Below, piece after piece: positions 28,288-36,839 of a stretch of DNA of 64,000 nucleotides. This stretch comes from Candidatus Flemingiibacterium merdigallinarum. GTDB lineage: Bacteria; Bacillota; Clostridia; Oscillospirales; CAG-272. A model generated the notes under the pieces. The model saw only the letters and a program-made list of their open reading frames with translations, was not told the DNA's origin and ran no database searches. The translations under genes were made by a program, and so were the position numbers. Within the stretch, counting starts at the first letter, position 1; each line of letters opens with the position of its first letter. The stretch spans positions 139,525 through 203,524 of the forward strand of contig CAJFKR010000001.1 in assembly GCA_904386005.1 (NCBI GenBank), in the 5' to 3' direction.

Positions 28288-28549
28288 AGTGGTCTCGACT
28301 TCAGCGAAGCTGAAGTCGAGAGAGTGGAGAGTGGAGAGTGGTCTCAAACCGCCGCAGGCGGTTTGAGAGCTGTGGTAGGAAATCGCCGGAGGCGATTTCC
28401 GGAATTGATTATAAGAGAGGAGAGATGAGAGTGGGGAACGGACTCACCGCGGATGGTTTCGAGAGAACGGGCTCCCAAAGGGTGGTTTCGAGAGAGCGGA
28501 CTCACCGCGTGTGGTTTCGAGAGAGTGGACTTCCCACGGGTGTCGGAGC
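28288..28549 (+). repeat. GA-rich modular hairpin array (three long GNRA-like-looped hairpins plus 29-nt tandem units x3.5)
   Basis: Hairpins at 28293..28321, 28342..28368 and 28378..28400. 29-nt units start at 28438, 28467, 28496 and 28525. The 28318..28400 core recurs at 53783..53862. Confidence 0.7.
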
Positions 28550-28609
28550 TATAATAGCGGGCGGAATGGATTTATGATTGATATCGGTATTAAGACGCTC
28601 CTATAATCA

Positions 28610-29125
28610 TCATTCCTTGACAAAATAGCACATATCGAGAATGACGTTTCCTTTTTCGTCGGGGGTGGTGAAGCGGGGGCACTGGTAACGCTCGAAGAAC
28701 CAGAACGCGCCGTCCATAATCGCAAGCTCAAGCCCCTCGTCGGCAAGGCGAGGACAGATAACGTCCTCACGGCAGTACAGCTCGCCGTTTGACTCATTGC
28801 CGTAGACCTAAGCGACGCCGATTGGCGCGGCGGGGAAATCGTGATAGTCGAGTCCCTCGGGAACGGCGGTGTCAGGCTTCATGAACATTCCGATCCAATA
28901 TTCGAACGGCTCGCCGTCGAGGTGGCGCATGAGTCCGATATACGCGCCGCTGTCCTCGAAAAACTGCTCTCCGGCGATTGCTTCGAGCCGCTCGAATAGT
29001 CCGGTCTCGAACGCTTCGCCCCATTTTGCGCCGAAGCTGCCGTCGTCGCGGTCGTCGTCCGAGTATTTTTTGCCGATAAAGCGGGTCGCGGGCAGGGATT
29101 GTTTATAGATTCGCTTAATTTCCAT
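28610..29125 (-). pseudogene. GyrI-like / AraC-effector-binding-domain small-molecule-binding protein interrupted by an in-frame TAG
   Basis: MEIKRIYKQSLPATRFIGKKY...PIGVA, then TAG (28808..28810), then in-frame VYGNESNGELYCRED...MCYFVKE to the stop at 28610..28612. AAGGAG RBS before ATG 29125. Confidence 0.7.
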
Positions 29126-29373
29126 CGTGTGACTCCTTAGCTTTGTATTGCCGAACGCCATCGGATGCTAAGCGTTCGATTATGGTATAATCATACTACC
29201 ACACGGCTTCTGCCATGTCAATAGCCGGCGCGCAACCTGACGATATTCTATAAATGCTACAAAAATGCAGGTGCAATTTGTACAAATTGCGAGGGCGAGC
29301 TGTCAATATGCTTTTAATACTCCGATTGTGTTCGACTTCGATTTGATGTCATATCAAGAAATATGTTCGTTTC

Positions 29374-30351
29374 TCACAACAGCTTTACTCCGTGAGTGGT
29401 CAGATATTCGCCCGCCGCTCGCAGCTCATCGCGCGTCGGCGGCTGACAATCGCTGTCGCGAACATTGCGTCCGAGCGCGGACAGCTTCGAGTTGCCCCAG
29501 GCGTGATAGGGCAGCAGCTTCACGCCGCCGCAGCGCTTCAAGCGTAGGTACAGCGACGCGATATTGTCGAGGTGCCGCTCGTCGAGGTTAACGCCCTTTA
29601 TCAGGATGCACCGCAGCTGTGTCGGCGCGCCGAGCGAGTCGACCGCGAGCAGATTGTCGACTATCACATCGAGCGCGGCGCCGGTGTTCGCGCGATGCCG
29701 AGCGTCGTCCGAGTCCTTGTAGTCCCAGAGCAGCAGGTCGCACAGCTCAACCAGCCGAGGTATGTATTTCGGGTCAAAGCAGCCGCAGGTCTCGACCGCC
29801 GTTCCGATACCGCGTCGGCGGCACTCGGCGAGCAGATCGAGAGCGCAGTCGGGGCTGTACATCGGTTCGCCGCCCGACAGCGTGATTCCACCCTTAGTTC
29901 CCATGAACGCGCGGTCGCGCTCGACAAGGTCGGCGATTTCGGATATCGACATGAGCCGGTACGACGCCTCGAGCGCACCGGTCGGACAGGCGTCGACGCA
30001 GGCAAAGCAGGATTTGCAGCGCGCGCGGTAGATTGTATGCGAGATGGGGATATTGGTGGGAGTGGGTACGTCAGTGTGAACAGCTTCGAATATATGCGCG
30101 CGGCTCGGGCAAGCCTTGGCGCACTCGCCGCAGCCGATGCACTTCTTTTCATAATATAATAGCTGCGCTTCGCGGCTCTGCGTCTCGGGGTTGTGACACC
30201 ACCGGCAGGACAGCGGGCAGCCGGCGAAAAACACTACCGTCCGCACGCCCGGTCCGTCGTGCATACAAAAACGCTGAATATTTGTTACCGGTATCTGAAT
30301 TCCTATTACCTCCTTTCCTTGCCGATGTTTTGTGACGGTTTTGCGAAGCAA
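29374..30351 (-). CDS. Glycyl-radical enzyme activase AE-2 (start uncertain: TTG 30351, or ATT 30300 behind a strong RBS)
   Basis: NIQRFCMHDGPGVRTVVFFAGCPLSCRWCHNPE, plus CIGCGECAKACP and CKSCFACVDACP. Confidence 0.88.
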   Translation of the reverse strand: MLRKTVTKHRQGKEVIGIQIPVTNIQRFCMHDGPGVRTVVFFAGCPLSCRWCHNPETQSREAQLLYYEKKCIGCGECAKACPSRAHIFEAVHTDVPTPTNIPISHTIYRARCKSCFACVDACPTGALEASYRLMSISEIADLVERDRAFMGTKGGITLSGGEPMYSPDCALDLLAECRRRGIGTAVETCGCFDPKYIPRLVELCDLLLWDYKDSDDARHRANTGAALDVIVDNLLAVDSLGAPTQLRCILIKGVNLDERHLDNIASLYLRLKRCGGVKLLPYHAWGNSKLSALGRNVRDSDCQPPTRDELRAAGEYLTTHGVKLL

Positions 30352-30405
30352 ATCGCGGTCTGTGACCGCGAAGTCACAAAACGCGTGGTTTGAAAAATTT
30401 ATTTT

Positions 30406-32568
30406 TCAAACTTTGCCCTCAAGCTCGGCGATTATCATGTTCTGCCAGTCGCAGTTCAGCGTCACGAAGCGTGCGTTCCAGCCCGACACGCGCACCGACA
30501 GCGCTTGATAATTCTCGGGGTGCGCCTGCGCGTCGCGCAGTATGCTCGCGTCGGCGACGTCCGGCTGCATGAAGAAACCGCCGAGCGTAACAAAGCCGCG
30601 CATCAGTCCGACGATAGCGTCGAGTCCCTCGTCGCCGTCGACGCTGTCGGGCAATAGCTTGATGTCGAGTGCCGCGCCGGTCACTTGCTTTGTGAGGTCG
30701 GCGGCGGCATACGACCGGATAATCGCGGTCGCGCCCTCGCGGTCACTGCCCGGGGTCGGCGAGCAGTTCGGGGCGAGCACCTCATGTGCGCGATGTCCGT
30801 GCGGCGACGCGAGCCGGTTCGGCGCCCACTCGAGCTGACGACCGAACGTGCTGACTCCGCTCGGAAAGCGATACCCGCAATTTGTGCCGAGCCTTTGCTC
30901 CATGTCATGACAGATGTCCGAGAAGTCGGAGAGCAGCTTTGAATAGATCGAGTCGACCTCGGGGTTGTCGTTGCCGAAGTAGCGGTACGCGGTCAGCATA
31001 TGCTGTCGGAGCGGCTCGCTTTCGTCCCAGTCCGCGGCGAGAATATCGAAGAATTCATCGAGCCCCAGCAGCCCCTCGTCGAATACGGCTTTCTTAATCG
31101 CGTACAGGCTGTTCACCGTGTCGGCGAGTCCGCCGATGTGCGGCGAGATGACGTTGTAGACCGGTCCGCCCTCGAAGTAGGAATATCCCCTCTCGATACA
31201 GCCCTGCTCGAACAGCGACACTACCGTGCAAGGGGCGGTCGGACGCCAGACGAGCCTGCCGTCAGGGTCGCGCTCGGTCTCGAAGCGCGCGAGCTGACCG
31301 CGTCCGATTCCCTCGACATATGCCTTGAGGTCGCGGACATACGCGTCGTACAGCGCGTCGAAGTCGGCGAAATCTCGATTCTTGTAGTCGGCGAGCGTCG
31401 TGTGCTGCAAAATCGCGAGCGAGTCGAACGGCGTGTAGATGAAGTAGGTCTTGCCCGGGATCTGCACCTCCCAGCAGCCGTCGTTCGCGAACCTTTTCGC
31501 TTCGCGCTCGTCGTATCCGAATTTGGTCAAGGCGTCGATAATCAGCGGCTCGTTGTACAGCGCGATTATGCCGCCGCCGTAGCGGATAGTGTTCGCGACG
31601 CGGTAGAGAAGCTCGTCGCTCGAGTCGGGCGAGATACGGACGGTTATCGGGAAATCGCTGATACCAAGCTCGTCGATTATGTCGAGGACGAGGTAGGTGA
31701 CATTGCACTCGACCGAGTTGTCGTTCTCGTCGATGCCGCCGAGCAGGATATTCTGATAATGCTGCGCATCGCCACTGCCGTAGTCGCCGCCGCTGACCCA
31801 CTCGCAGCCCTTGATGAAGAAGTGCGCGAGCAGCTCGCGCGCTTCGTCGAGTGTGATTTTGCCGTCGGCGAGGTCGCGCTCGAGATACTCGCCGAGCAGC
31901 ATATCAATCCGTCCGATGCCGGGCCAGTTTCCGCAGAGCCGCACAAACGCGAACGTGAACCACAGGCTCTGCACCGCCTCGCGGAAATTCGACGCCGGCT
32001 CGAACGGCACGCGGCGGAGTATGTCGGCGTTGTCGTGATATCCGCCCGCTTCAAGCGCGTTGATATAGCGGTCGCGCCAGATTAGCATTGAGTCAAGGCA
32101 GCTTTTACAGCTTGCGAGAAACTTAAGCCGTCGGGTCGAATACAGGTCGCTGTTAAATATTATCTCCGACATGGATTTTTCTATTTTGTCGTAAAGACCT
32201 ACGACTCCGTCTCTCAGCACCGACACAAAGTCGAGCGTCAGGTGGCTGACGCTGCCGAACACCGGACGACCGTCGATTGTCGCCGGAACGACGTGCGATA
32301 TCGCAAGTCCGAGTGTCGCCGCGCCCGATATAAGCTCGCCGTCACAGATTCGTATCGGCGCGCTCTCGGCGATACGGCGGATCGCGGCGTTGTATTTTTT
32401 CAGGTCGGACAGCTCCGATATGCCGTCGATATCGTCGAGCGGCACCGACATCACGCGTCGGGTGTCGAGCCCGTAGCGGTGGTCATACAGCGATTCATAC
32501 GCGAAGCGTCGCGTCGCGTCCGAAAGACGCACCGGACGCTTTTCTTTTGATACTGTGAAGAATTCCAT
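30406..32568 (-). CDS. Glycyl-radical enzyme GRE-2, 720 aa
   Basis: C-terminal SVRVSGWNARF with Gly codon at 30481..30483. Thiyl loop DGCWE with Cys codon at 31474..31476. GGGGAG RBS before ATG 32568. Confidence 0.9.
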   Translation of the reverse strand: MEFFTVSKEKRPVRLSDATRRFAYESLYDHRYGLDTRRVMSVPLDDIDGISELSDLKKYNAAIRRIAESAPIRICDGELISGAATLGLAISHVVPATIDGRPVFGSVSHLTLDFVSVLRDGVVGLYDKIEKSMSEIIFNSDLYSTRRLKFLASCKSCLDSMLIWRDRYINALEAGGYHDNADILRRVPFEPASNFREAVQSLWFTFAFVRLCGNWPGIGRIDMLLGEYLERDLADGKITLDEARELLAHFFIKGCEWVSGGDYGSGDAQHYQNILLGGIDENDNSVECNVTYLVLDIIDELGISDFPITVRISPDSSDELLYRVANTIRYGGGIIALYNEPLIIDALTKFGYDEREAKRFANDGCWEVQIPGKTYFIYTPFDSLAILQHTTLADYKNRDFADFDALYDAYVRDLKAYVEGIGRGQLARFETERDPDGRLVWRPTAPCTVVSLFEQGCIERGYSYFEGGPVYNVISPHIGGLADTVNSLYAIKKAVFDEGLLGLDEFFDILAADWDESEPLRQHMLTAYRYFGNDNPEVDSIYSKLLSDFSDICHDMEQRLGTNCGYRFPSGVSTFGRQLEWAPNRLASPHGHRAHEVLAPNCSPTPGSDREGATAIIRSYAAADLTKQVTGAALDIKLLPDSVDGDEGLDAIVGLMRGFVTLGGFFMQPDVADASILRDAQAHPENYQALSVRVSGWNARFVTLNCDWQNMIIAELEGKV

Positions 32569-32764
32569 TGCGGTATCTCCCCTCACAAGAATTGATGTGT
32601 GATTTAATTATACCATATATCGCGCCCGATTTGTATTGACAAAACTATGATAAATATGTATAATACTATTAATAAAAAAACCGCTGTCCGGCGCTTCAGT
32701 CGCACGGCAGCGGAAATATATAAATTATGGATTCGCGGTTTTTGCTAAAAATATGAGGGATAAT

Positions 32765-33547
32765 ATGAAAATCGAGACGATAGACATAAAATACCATTTC
32801 TACGGGCGGTTTCGCGACAATCACTGCGACAACGTGCGCAACATCAAGTCGCTGCCCTGGCTGTCGGTCGTGCAGGCGGAGACCGGACGCTATTCTCTGC
32901 GGCTCGGCGGCAGCGAGACATACGAGATCCCGACCGGCGGCTTCTTCATCGCGCCGTCGCAGGTTACACAGGACATCGTCCACCACGTCGACCAAATGTC
33001 GGGGACGATGAACGCGCGCTGGCTGTTCATTGAGATTGAGGTGAACGGCGGCTACAAGCTCGAACACCTCTACGATTTTCCGGCGGTGGTCGGCGGGGAG
33101 ACTTCGATCAAATTGAACCGGCTGTTCGACGATATGTTCGCGTCGCGCACTCTCTGCGAGCGGATGAGTATTTACTACCGGATAATCGACATTCTGCTCG
33201 GCATCGCGTCGCCGAGGTCGGTGATGCTCGCCGGAAATATGCTCGATATCGCCGGCTACATAGCGAGCAACTACAGCCGTGACCTCTCCGTCGCCGAGCT
33301 CGCGGCAAGGGCGCATATGTCCGAGTCGAACTTCTACGCGGTGTTCCGGCGCAACTTCGGTATGTCGCCGATGGCCTATCTGAACCGATACCGTCTGTCG
33401 GCGGCGTCCGTGCTGTTGACCAGAACAGATCTGACGATAGCCGAGGTCGCGTCGTCGGTCGGGTATACCGACCCGCTCTATTTCAGCCGGCAGTTTCATC
33501 GGCTGTTTCAGGCATCGCCTCGCGACTACCGCAAGGCGGGGGTGTGA
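32765..33547 (+). CDS. AraC-family transcriptional regulator, divergent from GRE-2
   Basis: HTH region LSVAELAARAHMSESNFYAVFRRNFGMSPMAYLNRYRL...YTDPLYFSRQF. GAGGGA RBS before ATG 32765. Confidence 0.85.
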   Translation: MKIETIDIKYHFYGRFRDNHCDNVRNIKSLPWLSVVQAETGRYSLRLGGSETYEIPTGGFFIAPSQVTQDIVHHVDQMSGTMNARWLFIEIEVNGGYKLEHLYDFPAVVGGETSIKLNRLFDDMFASRTLCERMSIYYRIIDILLGIASPRSVMLAGNMLDIAGYIASNYSRDLSVAELAARAHMSESNFYAVFRRNFGMSPMAYLNRYRLSAASVLLTRTDLTIAEVASSVGYTDPLYFSRQFHRLFQASPRDYRKAGV

Positions 33548-33777
33548 GCGGTTTGAACCTAATTCGTTATAATATACAAAATGTCCTTTTATTAGTTGGC
33601 ATGATATACAAAAATGGTTTATCGCTGTTATAAATATTGCAATTATGCGTTAAGTATGATATAATAAATTCATAAATAGCCGCGCTATAATTACATAGTA
33701 CGGCAGAGTCTGCAAATGATCACTCGGCGGACTTCGCCGTATATACGACGCTATATGGAGAAAGGACGGTCATACTC

Positions 33778-35256
33778 ATGCTGAAATATTCAAATCGAAG
33801 TCTGCTGCCGGTTCTGGTGCTGCTCGCGGCGATAATAGCTTCCTGCGGTACCGTCGAGACGGCTGATACCGAAGCCACGACGGCGATTAGCGATACAGGA
33901 ACGGATACATCATCCGAAAAGCCGCTTCCGGAGCTGCCGGAGGACGACTTCGACGGCTACAATTTCCGTGTGGCGCACTGGGATATGCCCGACTGGCCTA
34001 TGCGCGCCTGCGTCGATATTGTAGGCGAGAACAACGGCGACACGATAAGCGACGCGGTCTATCGGCGCAATCTCGCGGTCTGCGAGCGTTACAATTTTGA
34101 AATATCACTGATTTCGGTGAGGTGGGACGAGCTGAAAGGCATGGTCACGAACGCTGTCATGGCGGGCGACGACGCGTTCGACCTTGTGATTCTGCGTATG
34201 TATGAGGGAAAGGATCTGCTTACAACCGGTCAGCTTGTCGATTTCCACAGCATTCCCTACATCGATCTGACCGCGCCGTGGTGGGACTCGAATTGCTCGG
34301 ACAATCTGACTATCGACGGCAAGCTCTATTACGCCGCGTCCGACCTTACTATCGAGGACAAGAACGCGACGTCGGCAATCCTGTTTAACAAAAAAATCGC
34401 CGACGATTACGGCGTCGAAGATCTGTATTCGCTGGTGAGATCGGGTGAATGGACGATTGAACGCATGATGAACATCTATTCCGAAGTCACTTCTGACCTT
34501 GACGGCGACGGCGAGCTGGGCGAAAACGATATCTGGGGCTTCCTCGGCGGCAACGATGTCGGCAGCGCGTTCTTCCTCGGCGGGGGCGGCAAGTATTTGT
34601 CCAAGGACGGGAGCGGCGTCTTTTACGACTCGTTCAACACCGAACGGAATATAGAGCTGTCGCAGCTGATACAGCGGCTTATGTCTGACAGCGACAATTT
34701 CTACAATCACCACACAGGTGCGCAAAAGGTTCCGATAACCGACGACACCGAATATCGAAATCTGTTCGCGAGCGGAGCGGGGCTGTTCTATTGGGATAGG
34801 CTCGACGCGGTCTCGGACCTGCGTTCGCTCGACACCGACTTCGGTATTCTGCCTACACCGAAATATGACGCCGAACAGGAAAATTACATAAATCAGGTTA
34901 GCCATCACACGATGGGATTACTCTCGGTGCCGGCGACGCAGACCGACCTTGAGCGCACCGGCATCATACTCGAGGCGCTGTCGGCCGAGTCGCGCTATGA
35001 GCTCAATCCCGCTTATTATGATGTGTTGCTTAAGACCAAGTCGATACGCGACGAGGATTCGTCGGAAATGCTCGACATAATACTGGCGAATCGCTGTTAT
35101 GACTTCGCCGCGATATTCAACATCGGCGGCTGGCCTGATGAACTGATAAATGTGATGAAGAACGGGTCGGCTATAGTTTCAAGCTATGAAAGCTACGCGA
35201 CAAAAATCGAATCCGCGCTGGACGACATCTACGACGAGCTGTCGATACTCGACTGA
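33778..35256 (+). CDS. ABC transporter sugar/oligosaccharide-binding lipoprotein (family 1), with no adjacent permease genes
   Basis: Lipobox LLAAIIASCGT. Paralogous to 58038..59468 (shared DAVYRRN, WW, SGxWxIxRM motifs). Confidence 0.85.
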   Translation: MLKYSNRSLLPVLVLLAAIIASCGTVETADTEATTAISDTGTDTSSEKPLPELPEDDFDGYNFRVAHWDMPDWPMRACVDIVGENNGDTISDAVYRRNLAVCERYNFEISLISVRWDELKGMVTNAVMAGDDAFDLVILRMYEGKDLLTTGQLVDFHSIPYIDLTAPWWDSNCSDNLTIDGKLYYAASDLTIEDKNATSAILFNKKIADDYGVEDLYSLVRSGEWTIERMMNIYSEVTSDLDGDGELGENDIWGFLGGNDVGSAFFLGGGGKYLSKDGSGVFYDSFNTERNIELSQLIQRLMSDSDNFYNHHTGAQKVPITDDTEYRNLFASGAGLFYWDRLDAVSDLRSLDTDFGILPTPKYDAEQENYINQVSHHTMGLLSVPATQTDLERTGIILEALSAESRYELNPAYYDVLLKTKSIRDEDSSEMLDIILANRCYDFAAIFNIGGWPDELINVMKNGSAIVSSYESYATKIESALDDIYDELSILD

Positions 35257-35346
35257 CCTTTGCGATAAATATAATACACAAAAACAGTTCTGCCTCGCGC
35301 GGAACTGTTTTTGTGCGGGTCTGAAATATCGACCGGCTCGGACTAT

Positions 35347-35943
35347 TCAACATTTGCGCCCCATGACGCAGTGCTCCATTATCTCGCATATCTGCTCGAT
35401 TGAGTCGGCGCAGTCGCGTTTCAGCCACTCATTGACTATCGCCATGAGCCCGTTCATGTAAAAGGTCATCATATAGCCCTGTTCCTGCTCGGGAACCTGA
35501 AATCGCTCCAATATCGGTCTGAATATATGCTCAAATATATGATGGTAGGTTTTATATAGCCGGAGCGACTCGGAATTTTTGAGCACGGTGCGAAACAAGC
35601 GCTTGTGTCCGGCGATGTAGGAAAGATAGGGCATCAGATATTCGGGCGTTATCAGATACAGCTCCTCGAGCGGGCATATGCGTATTCTGTTTACAAGGTC
35701 GTCCGACGTCGGCTTCATATGCGAAAAAAAGTCGCTGACGAAATACCGCACGCTTTCCTCGAGCAGGTCGCCTATCGACTCATAGTGCAGATAAAAGGTG
35801 GAGCGGTTGACACCGGCGGCGGCGCACAGCTCCTTTACCGTGATATATTCGATGTCCTTCTTCTCGAGCAGTTCGAGAAACGCCTGATCCATACGAGCCG
35901 CGGTGCTGTAATATTTGCTTTCGGATCTATTCAAGCTTATCAC
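35347..35943 (-). CDS. TetR/AcrR-family transcriptional regulator
   Basis: N-terminal HTH ITVKELCAAAGVNRSTFYLHYESIGDLL. Confidence 0.88.
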   Translation of the reverse strand: MISLNRSESKYYSTAARMDQAFLELLEKKDIEYITVKELCAAAGVNRSTFYLHYESIGDLLEESVRYFVSDFFSHMKPTSDDLVNRIRICPLEELYLITPEYLMPYLSYIAGHKRLFRTVLKNSESLRLYKTYHHIFEHIFRPILERFQVPEQEQGYMMTFYMNGLMAIVNEWLKRDCADSIEQICEIMEHCVMGRKC

Positions 35944-36835
35944 CCTTGTCTTGGCAAAACGCGCGTATTAACATAAATAAAGCTATGGCTATAACTCCAA
36001 TAACTACCGCCGAACCGGTTATCGTGTCCATTAAGCGGCGGTAATCGGTGTCATGCGGTGAAAACCTTGATATCAACGCGGATTGCAAAGTGAGTATAGA
36101 CAGCATCGCGCACACAAGATTGATGGCTTTCGCGGCTGAAAGTATCGGGCTGCCCACTTTGCGGAATTTTACAATATTGATTATCGACAATACCATAATG
36201 TAGAATGTATAAAACGCGGTCATATAAATGAGGTTGCCCGGATAAACGATATCGGGCGCGCTCTTTACCATCAGCACTACCATTCCGGACATAGGTATGA
36301 TGAGGACGAGCAGCATTACCGCCGTGCGGCGGTAGCAGCGCAGCTCGTAGTCCCTGCCCCGCGTCTCCCGCCGCCGGTAGCCCCTCGCCAGCTGCGCGCG
36401 CATGATGATGAGTACCATGTAAAACACCGCGACCGTGAAAAACCATACCGAGCCATACCACAAAGCGGTGATATACCGGTATAGCATATACGCGAAATTG
36501 ACAGTCATTCCTTGATATATGCCGACACTGCCGCGGTAAAAACAATCGGTTGAATATTTTTTCACAAATGTGATCAGCCTTGATTTTTGCTGTGGGTCAT
36601 AAGTGACCAGCGCGCTTTTCATTCGTTTGATCCACCTGATAAGCGCAGGCAGTCGGATTGAAATTATCGTGAGCGAATAGGCTGACGATAGATAAATCGG
36701 ATAGGAAATGACGCTTTCCTCCAAGCCGCCGACGAAAATTACGACAAGCAGGGGAAATGATACGCTCGAAAGCAGTATCAAAACCCACTTTGGAGGAAAT
36801 AGAAGGTCGTGTAGAAGCCTGTTCGCTCCTCGCAT
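35927..36835 (-). CDS. Polytopic membrane protein, unknown function
   Basis: At least 6 hydrophobic segments. Overlaps the tetR start by 17 nt, suggesting coupling. Confidence 0.6.
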   Translation of the reverse strand: MRGANRLLHDLLFPPKWVLILLSSVSFPLLVVIFVGGLEESVISYPIYLSSAYSLTIISIRLPALIRWIKRMKSALVTYDPQQKSRLITFVKKYSTDCFYRGSVGIYQGMTVNFAYMLYRYITALWYGSVWFFTVAVFYMVLIIMRAQLARGYRRRETRGRDYELRCYRRTAVMLLVLIIPMSGMVVLMVKSAPDIVYPGNLIYMTAFYTFYIMVLSIINIVKFRKVGSPILSAAKAINLVCAMLSILTLQSALISRFSPHDTDYRRLMDTITGSAVVIGVIAIALFMLIRAFCQDKGDKLE

Positions 36836-36839
36836 TGCG

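Noticed and set aside
28808-28810. In-frame TAG in the GyrI-like gene read as pyrrolysine or as programmed recoding.
   Set aside because: No pylTSBCD genes or methylamine methyltransferase context is present in the window. A single TGG to TAG nonsense change or a sequencing error is far more parsimonious. It is kept only as a pseudogene or read-through finding.
25121-32586. GRE loci as bacterial-microcompartment (pdu/cut/grp-type) metabolosomes.
   Set aside because: There are no BMC-H/BMC-P shell protein genes, aldehyde dehydrogenase, phosphotransacylase or alcohol dehydrogenase adjacent to any of the three GREs. The ADH at 42167 is distant and separately transcribed.
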